Notes: generated from the letters alone by a model not told the origin. A DNA stretch of 64,000 bases from a virus (IMGVR_UViG_3300027881_000536:32001-96000), one strand, 5' to 3'. Shown: positions 34,001 through 42,000, counted from the stretch's first letter. Numbers and translations are program-made.

Positions 34001-34362
34001 TCCTTAGAGGTACTAACCCTGCCCCAGATAATCCTCCTTATCCACCAGCATATCATTTCTTGAATGACACTGTTGTCGACAACACCATTTCTACAGAAAC
34101 CAAAGACTACAGATTACCTATCAGTGTTGGCCCTATTATTCCTGGGACTGAGGCCAGTGGTTTCACTAACAGTTTGAAACAAACAGTTGCTAGAATAACA
34201 GTGGCTGATAATACACTTCAGCATCTAAGGGCTGATGCTAGCAGGAGAGGTGACTTCACTGTCCAACCACGCTACACTCAGTCCCTCTATCCAGGTACCA
34301 ACCTCAACAAGAGTGACCACAGTGGAGAGAGTTCCCATACTGACAACGAGGTGGATGGCTGA
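19060..34362 (+). CDS. Giant 5100-aa tail-tip protein with an N-terminal LamG/concanavalin-A-like domain
   Basis: Uninterrupted 15.3-kb ORF. N-terminal SLFFNG..FSVEAWIRP..LHVVGMFN..SIFVNGQ..LYLGG..FRGYIEGV..GLWRFEE is a LamG-like pattern. Position after Dit. Confidence 0.8.
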   Translation: MTLIGKTSHSLFFNGISDSVVCPSHEFASTGIKTTIGGDEVRSSRPVLGERSEEGSSSSSTAMVSSFSVEAWIRPDCGGVIASKEGMFKLSVGSVGAPAPAVFSVTTRTKTGDVRVFTARSAQTISDSYSGIIYPTAGQSFIENNTELSKGGRELLHVVGMFNERRVSIFVNGQIVASNNISTGSMCMLTNSDLYLGGKGGEFRGYIEGVHLRLGVDEDSVIPAPIVRQSSTVGLWRFEEPVEVEDTEFYIKSGVNAGDTVLTLDTTQVQELYELISGESITMPSSYTVPSLGNYQVGVTTHSDGAKKVEIAHTSINLLINPTGTDIKTGKPNSKAPERVRLKSISSSGSITVESIHLDFDVSTDTGSRGVLHDRTAFDNTSNLAHDSLIVILRSDLLLDPGTGRPMQPPGLGSQAIDRNGMTVIDESGNGFHGFLHSRTMSINKSGNPYTVSNANWTIDTKFQVGHSGRHKFSHCSGHPYLRMLPRASKERVTQTVDGLSDSIYAVFDGQSINLPEQVPINSQISLLKSNSLLDGTRVITTGVISQIKRNGLSTLDPDRDEIISIGGSGFNITPFLLKSHATSGVEATDDVYNLHLAPEIESRVAILQTGDTDFPYVEIHYNAIDLTGGTIGANGPALLVSKTVPSGGSVINTKRVADRINTLLGSGTMTLHAPGGIIHVKASRVAEMDTLFKDHNLAGDNTGGRQYEVELDLSMTPPNYTPQVATDPPNSPPIGVDSSHANDSSHPSVYHHLVLRDNGAAAKSIPDDSDDFRLTAKTGNKGPTNQSTHAFEMFDVIDNYSDNKGVNIIVHPTDRSRNLQLSKFTNDINDPSLFSLEFLMSRGRVSSFRSERTERGLILTMQGRGLMDDVAAMASEYIGEGSPDSIIVKESRPDAPVVTVTLGGPGQGAVETTPTWDKSPLTRLGWNTRRDGGARVTDSSSTSLTVTPLNNNSDALASWGTYMFPVRGRIHLENGASAEYYDTTATAFTIKSGDQSGTGRFINGDGSEQDTFANWLTANSVVKGQTNVLLDPLFDEASVVSDGTTINDRLFQSIGSVAHDYQLGTQYASTRALVEIPVFGNQFFDDPRNGVFPGPDNSMKIHLDPTLTAHSWAPNPVGRRAMGISPADRDVLGPYHKRWIENTTKSAVVVTKMDCASSGYKIYFDDLSKSFPAFEEAISSFRDITGVQKAGTNAGVAEVANTIMHRRIYTPEGEWAIVESNSGSEYVTVNNPLSTGTSEHFWKNFSEGGIVSNIVSGSYGEPLRGDPALESTENEFRRPYYYDRANVQTQGGNIDYGLRQYVSAVEFKEGPTANPHAKKIESGAATFEIISWSSPNAGYISDNLPSFTGSSWTDTTMEAINQDDEILLFTHHTDGDKIVVSSGTPAVGDIYTLKRLKFSQNNLGITTTNYFDIHDGYGVGEQSWKNTLNKTWNNPYAPGGLRHGDTVWMNMHYTNPHAIEGLFCKSRGVLNEFLVWNGFNGGRGELGTQARDSIPLENFLIGNTCMETAQNFVQHVNKTVELNWLELGYSASEVPVVAYLDPYLAKEGHARVLLYDVAHDREFIAFHDIHMQVQTGQATPKVNGLDIANGFYSQDKHRNNSSQTSGGAAIIEQSDFIEGAYAHKSSPYMEVTTSGQTHNAYGMNDATIFYGSSFLGSTGRTENSTVRTEDLTYGVNYTEKRHQLETATTNRSTFFDTPDGTRAIPAFLCLKGNRANTLDLTTHSESRLQHLPQWKDMDFVRRLTLDLGEIGQADGVSNTESAVREMVRRVNQAAALQGRSVGGSTHDPATFWDDTAFNGDKGSHMGYLRAHFGRAVKDLDGNDGYTIVIHSTVPGASGRNFCAWLDNSKGQAEYRPQFLVGHGGRFRSFWAMPMEGEDENMHPAPMPITKNGRPFAPITTLRQMVPPDDEDEEFINNLADYEGTNTRRNSEMATGRGANTVYQESFESQGDANRMVEGLRTGTRARARINFGGLVASGVPGWAPDAGSMGFGILNKGGRFDKIYNDDSNTTYSTYVTTDEQSKDEVGKGELYGFRFTDHRDKDHTIRLVYREKGQSFANNNTVLPPGLENEIIISFDDRDIGKGGFTVGKHMKGSTYPVTIDAGEDSVGDDITTSVTWRGNSWNGIKAPSAGYPVSTASVSGSNLSITLSNIWYTDASTATSLDYLGLLGFPEEGLFIYTDNHSSSQTTKVFRYTSRSHKSAASDANGTMSTHSFYGVTGGTLDTSNMSAEYATISPMLNWTTIVTDELIAAAVEYAMGVDPNTASEFDCSKLYGPDGRTYKEWMGDAATTAIQIHTLNDKKKVTPLGDLFSVSREIDLGLYAGNAETYLTSTQVDDGVVVDTGYLPKTLLNITSKFRGENANTVSPTFIKSNGDSLSTSDWKKHLRGEKFTAYAGDHITPCINNVIVKVTSVSGTTITVTPWQLLTPYDPAIAALDNYFSELYTLYDPNGKWATYQLVPAGNNDSGGKLELVNKHSDFSIAQNNHLSTWGPEKDPRAREFAGHRLTGNTYGEPLTYFRGAHDSPDHSVPLYFGGGFSGVVMDINDGTQNDYTEFYSHPYASGPTGCAGLQNVGENMGAHAILDTTAMLAMFPGTPFLNQHRGESQPPFTNADALLAPDMNVKSGSGSNLAGNTTQLVGYDNDSDKATRYKDDGSDVDNQTTITHPTPIVLRFAHPYARYTDAASGCADEVAYIVFGPGQSVPKNIQMYASSGVKEPTALKTVSAKFTHVYHNDLGGISLRGSGTEPGKYHPNEMSKGWKNSGTYTDRAGLFKPYLPPTMSWQRSAEYPYGVLRNWEPACGTPSEWLNTEFDSSSASLITNHWASSKATASLTIAHPMFTQTTADALYYHWHMDGGYPAGGNWMDNAIAKNPTHPTTGNRLPDNQEHSINSEDITLGLNASMFRVGALALEDYDRGLTENTTGDGTTRDVFVVDATRVQNSEELATIISAAINSYPGEGNLKAMGGTFLPSFQDAIRQDRYAWINVGMVKDSGYSNGTTLTTDERLPKYLPEKGWLRVSKTGTGVFYGRYTAHDDDASGEGTFTIGTNWRSGGARLESPTIGSGTTAGNHDAAAIDDSWTIYVWSKTGNLRWSNGAPEALHTADASTSNWDTNVFHHLAATQVHFNGFVDAIDRTRPVGAVGWHGERYSYLNSLKVAKTTTGHGISAGLGAWHPLLGFNPYGSAMGVHALNGATAAYAQAGATASFTQDSTGLNSGLHPRHYVVVSNEAELPIIAKADRDGLLLCGDMLDKRWAASSKTGGTVIASHNARHNNDRFAAYAHGGPHVDAQFAKDFAAPSSSNGEWAANIPTAGELYPMESCLFPTGDLFYDRLENPGVAHYPQEDPINHNDIGSNTLAAQSAVLAAPYSFWKGKSAARNFFTNHVVWKRMDGGNLCMPASNARGLGAVPWVWRKVGNSYVKFGETIYGNTRFSFETTNAAVFPTVQAQELAHPQLAEKYPVEIGAALSIPNEEIQFEAITVVDDSGQEHKIEGGSPLGTVIRDFSRVGGRDIQGPALSGSGNEPNLSINLPDPNTIPGNILVRSGFDKVQAYQHETMGAGGLQRPDLPDAVVSSNFDSTNENPSTNPFWENEGWERVDNSETSEVGTGFPYSKSGSMDDKAPLQTSYEPHDRALYFHLTKMGWGYTEREPLGIVSATTNGVTTNTMTHNPLTFVSVSGSVLTASGTITAPIWQAEQTPDGRSFLTVNGHVVSFTGVSGSTFTGCKFTPGFTATNGNMMKPSFYVPAGSTRHFAARRLRDHAEVSGESPDKAPIDWVGVDVDASPATAIRDDRLTPMPIPRMGHHYVTPTMAVMPGHLSHPLYQRVYNLNRAYQGATTSIEQAQGYTSVENSLIGLDNGSLLEEEGVGVNALMWFSSPSSPHPPSDIHGGAFTLMVETKVRYDGYGILAFDAENNSGDHRLKLEAGTNYSTHWNFPDPLETGAYQIIIQPNLFAQQLMGFSTNYDFGADSSTQYPLLTDQQVATVIALQWNGTTYDFVLAEALKADVRGCEVYLNEVILDIDPSPNQQFTSLPTLALYNPLGVNESTSPAWSRKSLPYYPGMFQLASPGYTLTVPWWSPAYTTASGTLTNGVFAGVNTDTQGNSYNWRNTEQYHPNHYYHFSRTGYGSVGAQSVMTGYPTHYLNPYLHSYESLNPSCVIKYADDGNDQILVDNNNLFPEVSFVYDDCMLTVIDPDGGTYEANYGYRGQASGEENATTNRFYQVNGSTQFWAACIEGRRLTLTGTTRKPGEVYTDKLSSVAAHHIQDLRAGTGDTGTSHLPDAYLSMWHYNLGRPMTYYSDNRASATAAAVDKKPYNHLPEHYETVHYHDFGYVASDGPFDFRGYGWDDDGANIVTPNSMGTGSGDWFPQARTANSLYYHYGAFWPGGSRFGAQASRMDLWGTAGPGWGRFWDSDHIIQEQSTATQFRYDSASGITDSISSVNHKRNAAFGFRFCVRGPFNRPRAALWSAQGFDDTYDNEHAGYRFGPYVQNDAVTAAIYTPATNANTSTAGTESIASGYSGIIERLTNASALIGSDLKGQQVKYSHGRRMCRPFGCAVRNIVNDPYAIRHHQGDYVAGAASADTDITNRRRDLATALAHYMTDWWGNTTGEDVRRLPVRGFGIRPAWDPEDAYRATDRTRNAQVFAAPSGHGKARVTLDLFDPATAKRVGDRGDGRGVRWPTVFNEDVLQEVDTIMDATGLVLSSNTAEPPLGNGYTRARNDDLQLNEVPRGISRRLDVHADDGLLKPEAMAGSNVEKAANDLLPASEVLQEPISRIAPRIGLDTLTIGESTGGIANTHVALGTEAHSLHTDRVAGRRYTLSGGIRTNDAYSKPLADYDLSSLSFVQKDGPSGSSNVPHFVQVMRLNYTHGLWPLGGNLIMDLRNYTEPVDDENWGTHFQGRNNYWSANPYETTSHNADTTRTNNSDYSIKFLLRPVRVLDHRHLEIFRDRFTNALSATAAGRYGVFTYDTPNARATTGGFFLRGTNPAPDNPPYPPAYHFLNDTVVDNTISTETKDYRLPISVGPIIPGTEASGFTNSLKQTVARITVADNTLQHLRADASRRGDFTVQPRYTQSLYPGTNLNKSDHSGESSHTDNEVDG

Positions 34363-36128
34363 TGGTTGGTACTGCTATTTTCCCTGTGCCTGGTAATCAG
34401 AATACTGTTCCAGGTGGGAGAGATGACGATATCAGAAGTAGTGTAGGCTCTAAGGTATCTACTGCCAAGTTTGTAGATAATACTGTACACCATGCTGTAT
34501 ACAAGAGAAGCAGTAACACTACAGGACAGTATATGACTGTAGATAGACCTACCAATACTGATTTCCAAGTTACTAGTGAAAGGGCTTATGACATTATAGA
34601 AGAGGAGAGTTCGGTGATATTGAACCACTCATTGGCTGCTGGAGTTAAGAGTAATATCTCACCCTTCTTCTCAGACAGGAAACTAATCACAGGTGTTACC
34701 CCACCACTTCTCTTGATGTCTAGAAGTGGTAGAATGATACCTGACACAGTAACTATTATAAATAAAGGTAGTAGACTGGACTTCCGAAATCTAAGGGGAC
34801 TCACTCCATCTGGTATTAGTGAAGAATTTACTACTGGTACTAGTGTCCATGCTGGACAGATAGTAGATGTGGGGATGAGAACCAGTGACTTGGTCATGAA
34901 ATTATTCAATGGAAAAAATCACTCATTGAATTCTATATCTGTGGGTAGGCCATTTGCTGGTCCTAGAACTGAGGAAGTCACGACTTACAAAGGGGCTAGC
35001 CTTGCTAAACATTCCCATAGATTCCTATCTAAAAACTTCATCTCAACTACGATTCCAGATGCTGCTAGATTCATCAGTAGACATGACAATTATCACATCT
35101 TCTTCGACAGATATGGAAATTTCATTTATGCTCCTGATGGATTCTCCAATATAGACAAGCAGATAGACCCCCTTATTGCTTCCAATGTAGAAACAGATTC
35201 TGTTGTGGATGTGGCTAACAGTGTATCAGTCAAAGGTAAGGTTGTAGCAGATAATGATAACAATAGGGTCACAGTCAATGATGTAGAAATGCAAAAGAGA
35301 GATGGGATAGTGAAAACCATGAGTGTTTTTGACCCTGCAGCAACTACACTCACTGCTTCTAGACGCTCTGCGAATCAACTACTTCGACTCAACAGGAAAG
35401 CGCAAGGTGTAGTCAAGAGTAAGGGGCATCAGATGGCTTGGGACTTGTACCCTAGTGACATTATTGATTATAGAAGCCCCATAGATGGTGGGGTTAGTAG
35501 AAAGGCGGTACTGGAAGTAGAGCATAACTTAGAAACCATGAGTAGCGACTTCCAATTATTGTCATACGAAAGTGGTATTGAAAGGGTATTAATTGACCAT
35601 AACTCAAAGATAGATGATGAGGAACCTACTGTTCCCAATGATAAAACCAAAGCGTTAGAGATGGGTAGTGGTGACAGGGCCATGTTTAGGGTTAGAGGTA
35701 AGATGTTGACTAGGAACTTATCTAGTATTCTCAAGCGAATTAACAGTGACCCTTACACCCTAGCAAATGCTGGTAATGACATACATAGTGGCTTCTTAAT
35801 TGGGCATAGGAATTATGACACTGGCAATGGTGCTGGTCGTGGTGCAATAGGTACAGGTTTGGCTCCTAGATTGACTGGTGGTACTCACAATAGTGGTACT
35901 ATAACAGTGTCCTCGACAACAGGCTTCCCAAGTGCAGGTCATCTTATCATAAACGAGGCTATACATATACAGTATACTGGTAAGAGTGGGACAACATTCA
36001 CAGGTGTGACAGTACAGGCTCCTTCAGGAGAGAGTGTGCCAGCAAGCGGTTTGAGTGTTAGGTTGCTTAGAAGTAGGGGACATGAGATGAGAACTGTGAA
36101 GAATACGGTGAAAGTGAGGATGTTCTAA
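34362..36128 (+). CDS. Putative baseplate hub / Tal-like tail protein
   Basis: ISRHDNYHIFFDRYGNFIY and VANSVSVKG resemble hub domains; TGATG coupling. Confidence 0.5.
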   Translation: MVGTAIFPVPGNQNTVPGGRDDDIRSSVGSKVSTAKFVDNTVHHAVYKRSSNTTGQYMTVDRPTNTDFQVTSERAYDIIEEESSVILNHSLAAGVKSNISPFFSDRKLITGVTPPLLLMSRSGRMIPDTVTIINKGSRLDFRNLRGLTPSGISEEFTTGTSVHAGQIVDVGMRTSDLVMKLFNGKNHSLNSISVGRPFAGPRTEEVTTYKGASLAKHSHRFLSKNFISTTIPDAARFISRHDNYHIFFDRYGNFIYAPDGFSNIDKQIDPLIASNVETDSVVDVANSVSVKGKVVADNDNNRVTVNDVEMQKRDGIVKTMSVFDPAATTLTASRRSANQLLRLNRKAQGVVKSKGHQMAWDLYPSDIIDYRSPIDGGVSRKAVLEVEHNLETMSSDFQLLSYESGIERVLIDHNSKIDDEEPTVPNDKTKALEMGSGDRAMFRVRGKMLTRNLSSILKRINSDPYTLANAGNDIHSGFLIGHRNYDTGNGAGRGAIGTGLAPRLTGGTHNSGTITVSSTTGFPSAGHLIINEAIHIQYTGKSGTTFTGVTVQAPSGESVPASGLSVRLLRSRGHEMRTVKNTVKVRMF

Positions 36129-36475
36129 TGCCGATGTTGAACTCAATCAAAAGGAGATTGATAGAGCATCTATCAGGTCTAGTCAATGAGTTGCATATCG
36201 GTAGTGATGGTACAGTCGCTAGTGTAGATGATGGTGGCTCTAGAACCTTGGCTACAGTTACTCCTACTGTCAGAATTCTAGATGACAACAGCCTTCTAAT
36301 CGAAGGAACTTTTGACTCTAGTCATATTTATTCCACTGATATACAAGAGGTCTATTTACAATACAAGGATGCTACAACTGGAGAATTCATACCAGTATAT
36401 CGTACAGCCTTACCAGCCTTCACTAAGGATGGGCAGAATGAAGTTAAATTTTCATTCATACTGGAGGTAGAATGA
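36128..36475 (+). CDS. Small tail/baseplate protein
   Basis: 115 aa, TAATG coupling, beta-rich. Confidence 0.55.
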   Translation: MPMLNSIKRRLIEHLSGLVNELHIGSDGTVASVDDGGSRTLATVTPTVRILDDNSLLIEGTFDSSHIYSTDIQEVYLQYKDATTGEFIPVYRTALPAFTKDGQNEVKFSFILEVE

Positions 36476-36657
36476 TGGCTAAGAGTTACATTTCACAGAG
36501 ACCTGCTAAGTTGGCTCAAGCCCGAGTCAAGAGAATGTCTCAAAAGAACCAGAAAAAGAGGAAGATGCGACAATATCGTAGGCACAGTAAAATCGGGGTG
36601 CGGCGTCCGAAGATGCGTAGGCAGATTGGATTGACTAGAGTGTCAAGGAGTAGATAG
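36472..36657 (+). CDS. 61-aa highly basic (Arg/Lys-rich) protein
   Basis: GGAGGT RBS, ATGA overlap, fills the operon gap; no acidic residues. Confidence 0.65.
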   Translation: MMAKSYISQRPAKLAQARVKRMSQKNQKKRKMRQYRRHSKIGVRRPKMRRQIGLTRVSRSR

Positions 36658-36659
36658 AT

Positions 36660-38993
36660 ATGGTAGACCCTCTCAGTGGACATACAGCAGCAGGTAATAC
36701 GCTAGGTGGAGATGGGCTTAGAGATGGTGATGCTCTAGCCTCACCAACACTCACCAACATTCTCCAAGGACTCAAAGGTAATGGTATAATCAGACTTCAG
36801 GATGCTGCCTATGGTTCTACTAGAAATGCTGTTAATGACCAGCCCGGAGCAGTAGTAAGGGCTACTGCCCATACTCTCACTGTAACTGGTGGGTATGTAG
36901 TTTTGGATGGGCAACTGTATGAGTTTGCAGGTGGTCCAGGAGGTGCTGCTACTATCACTCTAGGTTCTGATGGCACAGGTACTGCTCTTGCAGCCAGTGG
37001 AGAACAGTCAATCTATGTCCTTTATCTGACCTCCCAAGGTGGTAATGCACAGGTTCATGTTGTTGGTGGTACTCCAGTCCAAGTCAGTACTGGACTCTAT
37101 CCCTCTATCCCCTCTCAATATCTCACAAATTATGATACAGGTACAACTCGAGATAATCAACAGGTAGTGGTCTTAGCCACAGTTAGATGTCAACATGTGA
37201 GTAGTGGTGGTGGTAACCACCTTGTAGATGTTCAAGAGGTGAATGACAAGAGACATTTCCTTAGAAACAATCCAATCTATATGTTCCCATTGACTTCATC
37301 AACCATAGTTACTGACGGGACTGAGGTCAGTCAGGTACGAAGGAACCCCGATGATGGAGTACAGTCACCTGCAGACCTTAGAGGGCTGTTCGGCTCAGAG
37401 CCTGGGAAATTAGGATTGGCAGCAAATGGTAGTACACTTATTGATGCTGGTGCCATGTGGATGTCCACATCTAAGAGTGGGGCTGGGATAGGAGCCACTG
37501 CTACCATCACCATTACAGATTTCACCGAACTCAACACACCCGACAAGGTGAACTTAGTCGCCACTGATGGAACTAACTATGACTTTGTGCAGGGTGACCA
37601 GAGTTCTGTTGCTGGTACATTTGAAGCCACTACATCAAACGATGTAACTGCAACTAACCTGATGAATGTCATTAACACATCATCAGGGCCATCGGGAACG
37701 AGATTTACCGCCACGGTTGATGGGGCAGTTGTGACTGCAACTCAGGCGGTGGGTGGTATAGCCGGCAATACAACTGTCACTCTTACAGACAGTGGGACTG
37801 CTGGTATGACCAAGACTGATTTCGTTAGTGGTTCAGGTTATGGGTTCGGTCCTGGTGATGGAGAAGACAGGGGTGAGAATCAAATGAAAGATGAACTGTT
37901 CTTCGCAGGCCAGAATAATACTGAGACTGCTTTGGTCAGCAAGAGACTGTTCAGTAAGGGTGTGTCTGCTCCTACTGCTGCCATCAGTACCAGTATTACT
38001 TACAGTATTACATCATACGGTGACTCATTCTTCATCCTTAGCCCTGCTTCTACTAAGGTTGTGACACTGGCACCGGAAAAGAGTGGCAGTAACTATCTAT
38101 TCCCCGAGGGTCACATCATAGAAGTGGTCAACAGTGCTAGTGCAGGTGGAGGAAATATTACCTTCGACCCTAGTGGATTAGATTCAGATGTCGCTCCTGA
38201 GTTTCGCGCTACATTCATATTCGAGGGTAGTGTGTGGTTACGCACAGCATATGAAACATCTACTTCTGCTGCTGCAACTACTTTCCTAACACTGACTGAT
38301 ACCCCTAGTGCTTTCACTAGTCAAGCAGGTAAAGGAGTAAGAGTGAATAGTGGCGCTAATGCTCTTGAGTTCTATACTATACAGAGCACCCTTGCTGGTA
38401 TAGATGACCAAACATCATCTAATGATGACCAGTTGACTATCACTGACACTGCTGTAACCATCAATGTAGACCATGATGACTTGGACTTCAAGGTGATATC
38501 AGATGATAACAGTGCAACTCTGCATGTAGACGGTGCAGGTGCAGGTAAGGTAGGTATCAATCAGGCTACTCCTGAGATGACCTTCCAAGTAGAAAGTGCT
38601 GGGTTTGAATATGGGACTGCCACTAGTGGTAGTAGCAATAGTAGTACTAGTACAGCCATCCCTCTCAACCTATTCCATATTCAGAACTTTAGGTCTGCCA
38701 AGATACTAGTAGAGACTGAGAATAGTAGTGAGGAGAAGTATGAGGTAGCAGAGATTGTAGTGACCACTCCTTACAAGAGCAATAGTACTATCAGTAGTGA
38801 CGCTGAGATGCCTATACAGGTCTACGGTGTCACATCTTCAGACAGTCAGGACAATAACCCAGGTACGACTGTAGTCAATACCTACAGCGTATACGCGGAG
38901 AGTAGTAACAGTAACATTCAATTGCGAGTGACGCCAGCACACTCCGGCGATACGGTAACCGTGAAGGCGTTTTGGTATGCAATTGGGCTATGA
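36660..38993 (+). CDS. Proximal tail fibre/baseplate protein (777 aa)
   Basis: Gly/Thr/Ser-rich. C-terminal FRSAKILVE...EVAEIVV...NIQLRVTP domain of the kind seen at the ends of marine-virus fibres. Confidence 0.7.
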   Translation: MVDPLSGHTAAGNTLGGDGLRDGDALASPTLTNILQGLKGNGIIRLQDAAYGSTRNAVNDQPGAVVRATAHTLTVTGGYVVLDGQLYEFAGGPGGAATITLGSDGTGTALAASGEQSIYVLYLTSQGGNAQVHVVGGTPVQVSTGLYPSIPSQYLTNYDTGTTRDNQQVVVLATVRCQHVSSGGGNHLVDVQEVNDKRHFLRNNPIYMFPLTSSTIVTDGTEVSQVRRNPDDGVQSPADLRGLFGSEPGKLGLAANGSTLIDAGAMWMSTSKSGAGIGATATITITDFTELNTPDKVNLVATDGTNYDFVQGDQSSVAGTFEATTSNDVTATNLMNVINTSSGPSGTRFTATVDGAVVTATQAVGGIAGNTTVTLTDSGTAGMTKTDFVSGSGYGFGPGDGEDRGENQMKDELFFAGQNNTETALVSKRLFSKGVSAPTAAISTSITYSITSYGDSFFILSPASTKVVTLAPEKSGSNYLFPEGHIIEVVNSASAGGGNITFDPSGLDSDVAPEFRATFIFEGSVWLRTAYETSTSAAATTFLTLTDTPSAFTSQAGKGVRVNSGANALEFYTIQSTLAGIDDQTSSNDDQLTITDTAVTINVDHDDLDFKVISDDNSATLHVDGAGAGKVGINQATPEMTFQVESAGFEYGTATSGSSNSSTSTAIPLNLFHIQNFRSAKILVETENSSEEKYEVAEIVVTTPYKSNSTISSDAEMPIQVYGVTSSDSQDNNPGTTVVNTYSVYAESSNSNIQLRVTPAHSGDTVTVKAFWYAIGL

Positions 38994-39008
38994 TAAGAGG
39001 TAGAAATA

Positions 39009-42000
39009 ATGGCAAGTGCATCAGATTTTAAGGTCAAGAAAGGATTGCAGGTACAAGGCGGAGACCTCAATTTAGGTAACGCTCAGAACGCAGTTATCCA
39101 AGTCGATGCAGTTTCCGGTACTAATACTGCAGGTAAGACTCTCACTATTAGTGGTGGGGAAGGTACTGGTACAGGTGCTGGTGGTAGCATCATCTTCCAA
39201 ACTGCAGACGGAGGGGGCACTGGGTCCAGTGTTAACCCTCTTGCTACAGCATTAACAATCGCTGATGATTTGTCTTCTGCTTTCACTGGTGCAGTAACTC
39301 TCAATGGTGCAGTGACTCTTGGTAATGCTAGTGGAGACGACATTACGAACACAGGTCGATGGGTTGGGGACTTTGTACCAAAGACAGACAGTTCGATAGA
39401 CCTCGGTACTTCTGCACTCCAGTTCGCTGAAGCACACATAGATACTGGACACATTGACGACATCACTTCGACTGGTACATCCACTCTAAGCACTGTGGAT
39501 ATAGGTGGAGGTGCGATAGATGATACAACTGTTGGTGCAACTACTGCTTCTACAGGGGCATTCACGACACTCGGTGCTACAGGTGCTGTTACTTTTGGCA
39601 CTGATGCTAGTGGTGTTGATGTCACATTCCATTCAGCCACTACTGGCGACAATATGTTGTGGGATGCTAGCGAGGAGCAATTAGTTATCACAGGCACTAA
39701 CGGAGCCACTGCTCTGAATGTAGCAGATGGTAATGTCACTATTGCTGACAATTTAACTGTCACTGGCACTAGTGCTCTTATAGGTGCTACATCAGTAGGG
39801 TCGGCAACTGCAACCTCCACAGTCACTCAAGTAGCATCTGGTCAAGGTATACATGGGAAGTCACTGACTATCACTGGGGGTAACACAACAACTGGTGGTG
39901 TAACTAATGACCGTACTGGTGGTGACCTCTTACTTCAGGGTGGGCAAGGTACTGGTACAGGTGCTGGTGGAAGTATCATATTCAAATCAGCCGGTGCTGC
40001 TGGAAGCACTGCTAACTCCCCTCTTAACCCTCTCGATGATACGCTGCTTACTTTAGCCTCGACTGGGGCTGCTACATTTGCAGGGGCTGTATCTGGTATC
40101 ACTACACTTGCTACAAGTGGTGCTGTGACAATAGGTGCTAATGAAGCAGGTGCTGATGTTCAGTACTATGGAGACACAGATGGCTTAGGGATGCTTTGGG
40201 ATACAAGCACTGACAAATTAGTCATTCATGGACGCGCTGCTTACGACGCTCTCCAAGTTACTCAAGGAGATGTTCTTGTATCCCAAACCATCAACACTAA
40301 TGTCCTGGAGACAGACACAATAAATGAGTCGACCGCTGACGCTGGTGTCACAATAGACTCTGTTCTTCTGAACAATTCAGCAGTGTATACTGGAAGTAAT
40401 ACCACTGACAAGGGTAAACTGTATGGCAACGCAACCAATACTTACCTCACCCACACCGCTACCAGTGGTAATATCAACCTAGTGGCGACGGGGACTGGTG
40501 AAGTCCTAATGGACAATGTCCGTGTAGGTGGTGACACTGTTTGGAATAATACAGCCAATCTGAAACTGAACGGTATTGCTACTGGTGGTGTGAACATAGC
40601 CAGTACTGCTGGTACTCATGCAACTGTAGCGGGTACTGCTATTGATGTGAATGGAGGTTCGGCAGGTAACTTCGACATAGGTTTACAGGTTAACCCCGGC
40701 GCTTCTGCTGGACAATATGCTGAGGTCAGGATTAAGACCAGTACTGAATCACCTATTGCGAACAGTGCTCCTGGCTCTTGCTTGGTTCTGAGGAATGCTA
40801 ACACTGCTGCTACTGGAACCAATGCAACATACTATGATTTTGGTACCGATAATGATGGTAGAGTATGGGGTACTGGTACACTACATGGTGACCCTGACAT
40901 ATTCACGATAGGGAATTTCATTGGTAAATCATATGATGGGGCCAAGAACAGTAGTACCCAGACACCTACTGATGTAGCCAATTCAGTCTTGGAGATTAGC
41001 AAGCCGACTGCTGCTACTGCTGTTAAGGATGTATTGACACTAGTCAACACAGTTAACGCGACTGGTGGTGCAGGCGGAGGCGGACATACTGGTACTGGCT
41101 CAGCGATTGCATTTGACCAGTGGTATTTCGATAGTACTATCCCAGCAAGAGCAGATGCAGGTAGGATTGCAGTCAAAACAGCGGCTGATTGGACTGCTAC
41201 TAGTACTACTCGTGATGCTACAATGGTATTCGGTGTCGCTCTGAATAACACAGTCACTGATTCCCTTACTCTCAACAGTGACGGTTCAGTCGGTTTCCGA
41301 AGTTACACATTCCCAACCGCCATAGGAAGCAGTGGTGAAGTTCTCAAGGCCCCATCTAGTGGTACTCTATTGGAATGGGCCAGTGATACTGGTGGTGGTA
41401 CAGCATCAGATGTGGCTGCGGATGATATCACTGTTGGTAACGCTGCAGTAGAGATTGAGACTTCAACAGGTGGAGTCGATATCAGTACAAATGCTGTGAA
41501 TCAGGCTCTCACAATGGGTAACACCAGTGGGGCTACTGCCATTCTTGGCTCGACCATTGATTTGACTTCTATTGGTGCGATTGGTATCAGTGCTCCCGTA
41601 TTCAAAATTAGCAGTGGTACTACTGACAGACCAGTTTTCACAGTTGAAGGTACTGCTGCCGATGCTACTGCACCTACTATAGAATTGAGAAGCACTGCTG
41701 GTACTGGGTCTGCTGGTATTGGAGAGGATGGTAACCCTAGCGGTTTCTTCACCTTCAGTAGTAGAAACGACAATAATCAGGACCATATGTATGGTAGAAT
41801 TAGGACTATCGGTTCTGCTGCGGCTGATGGGTCAGAAGAAGGCACCATGACACTCGCTGTATCTACTACTGATAGTGGTACCATAACTGATGTCATTACC
41901 ATAAAGGGTAATGATAATGCTGTTGGTTCAAAAGTTACTATCGCAGGTGACCTTCAAGTTGACGGAACAACGACCACGGTTAATTCGACTGAGGTAGATG

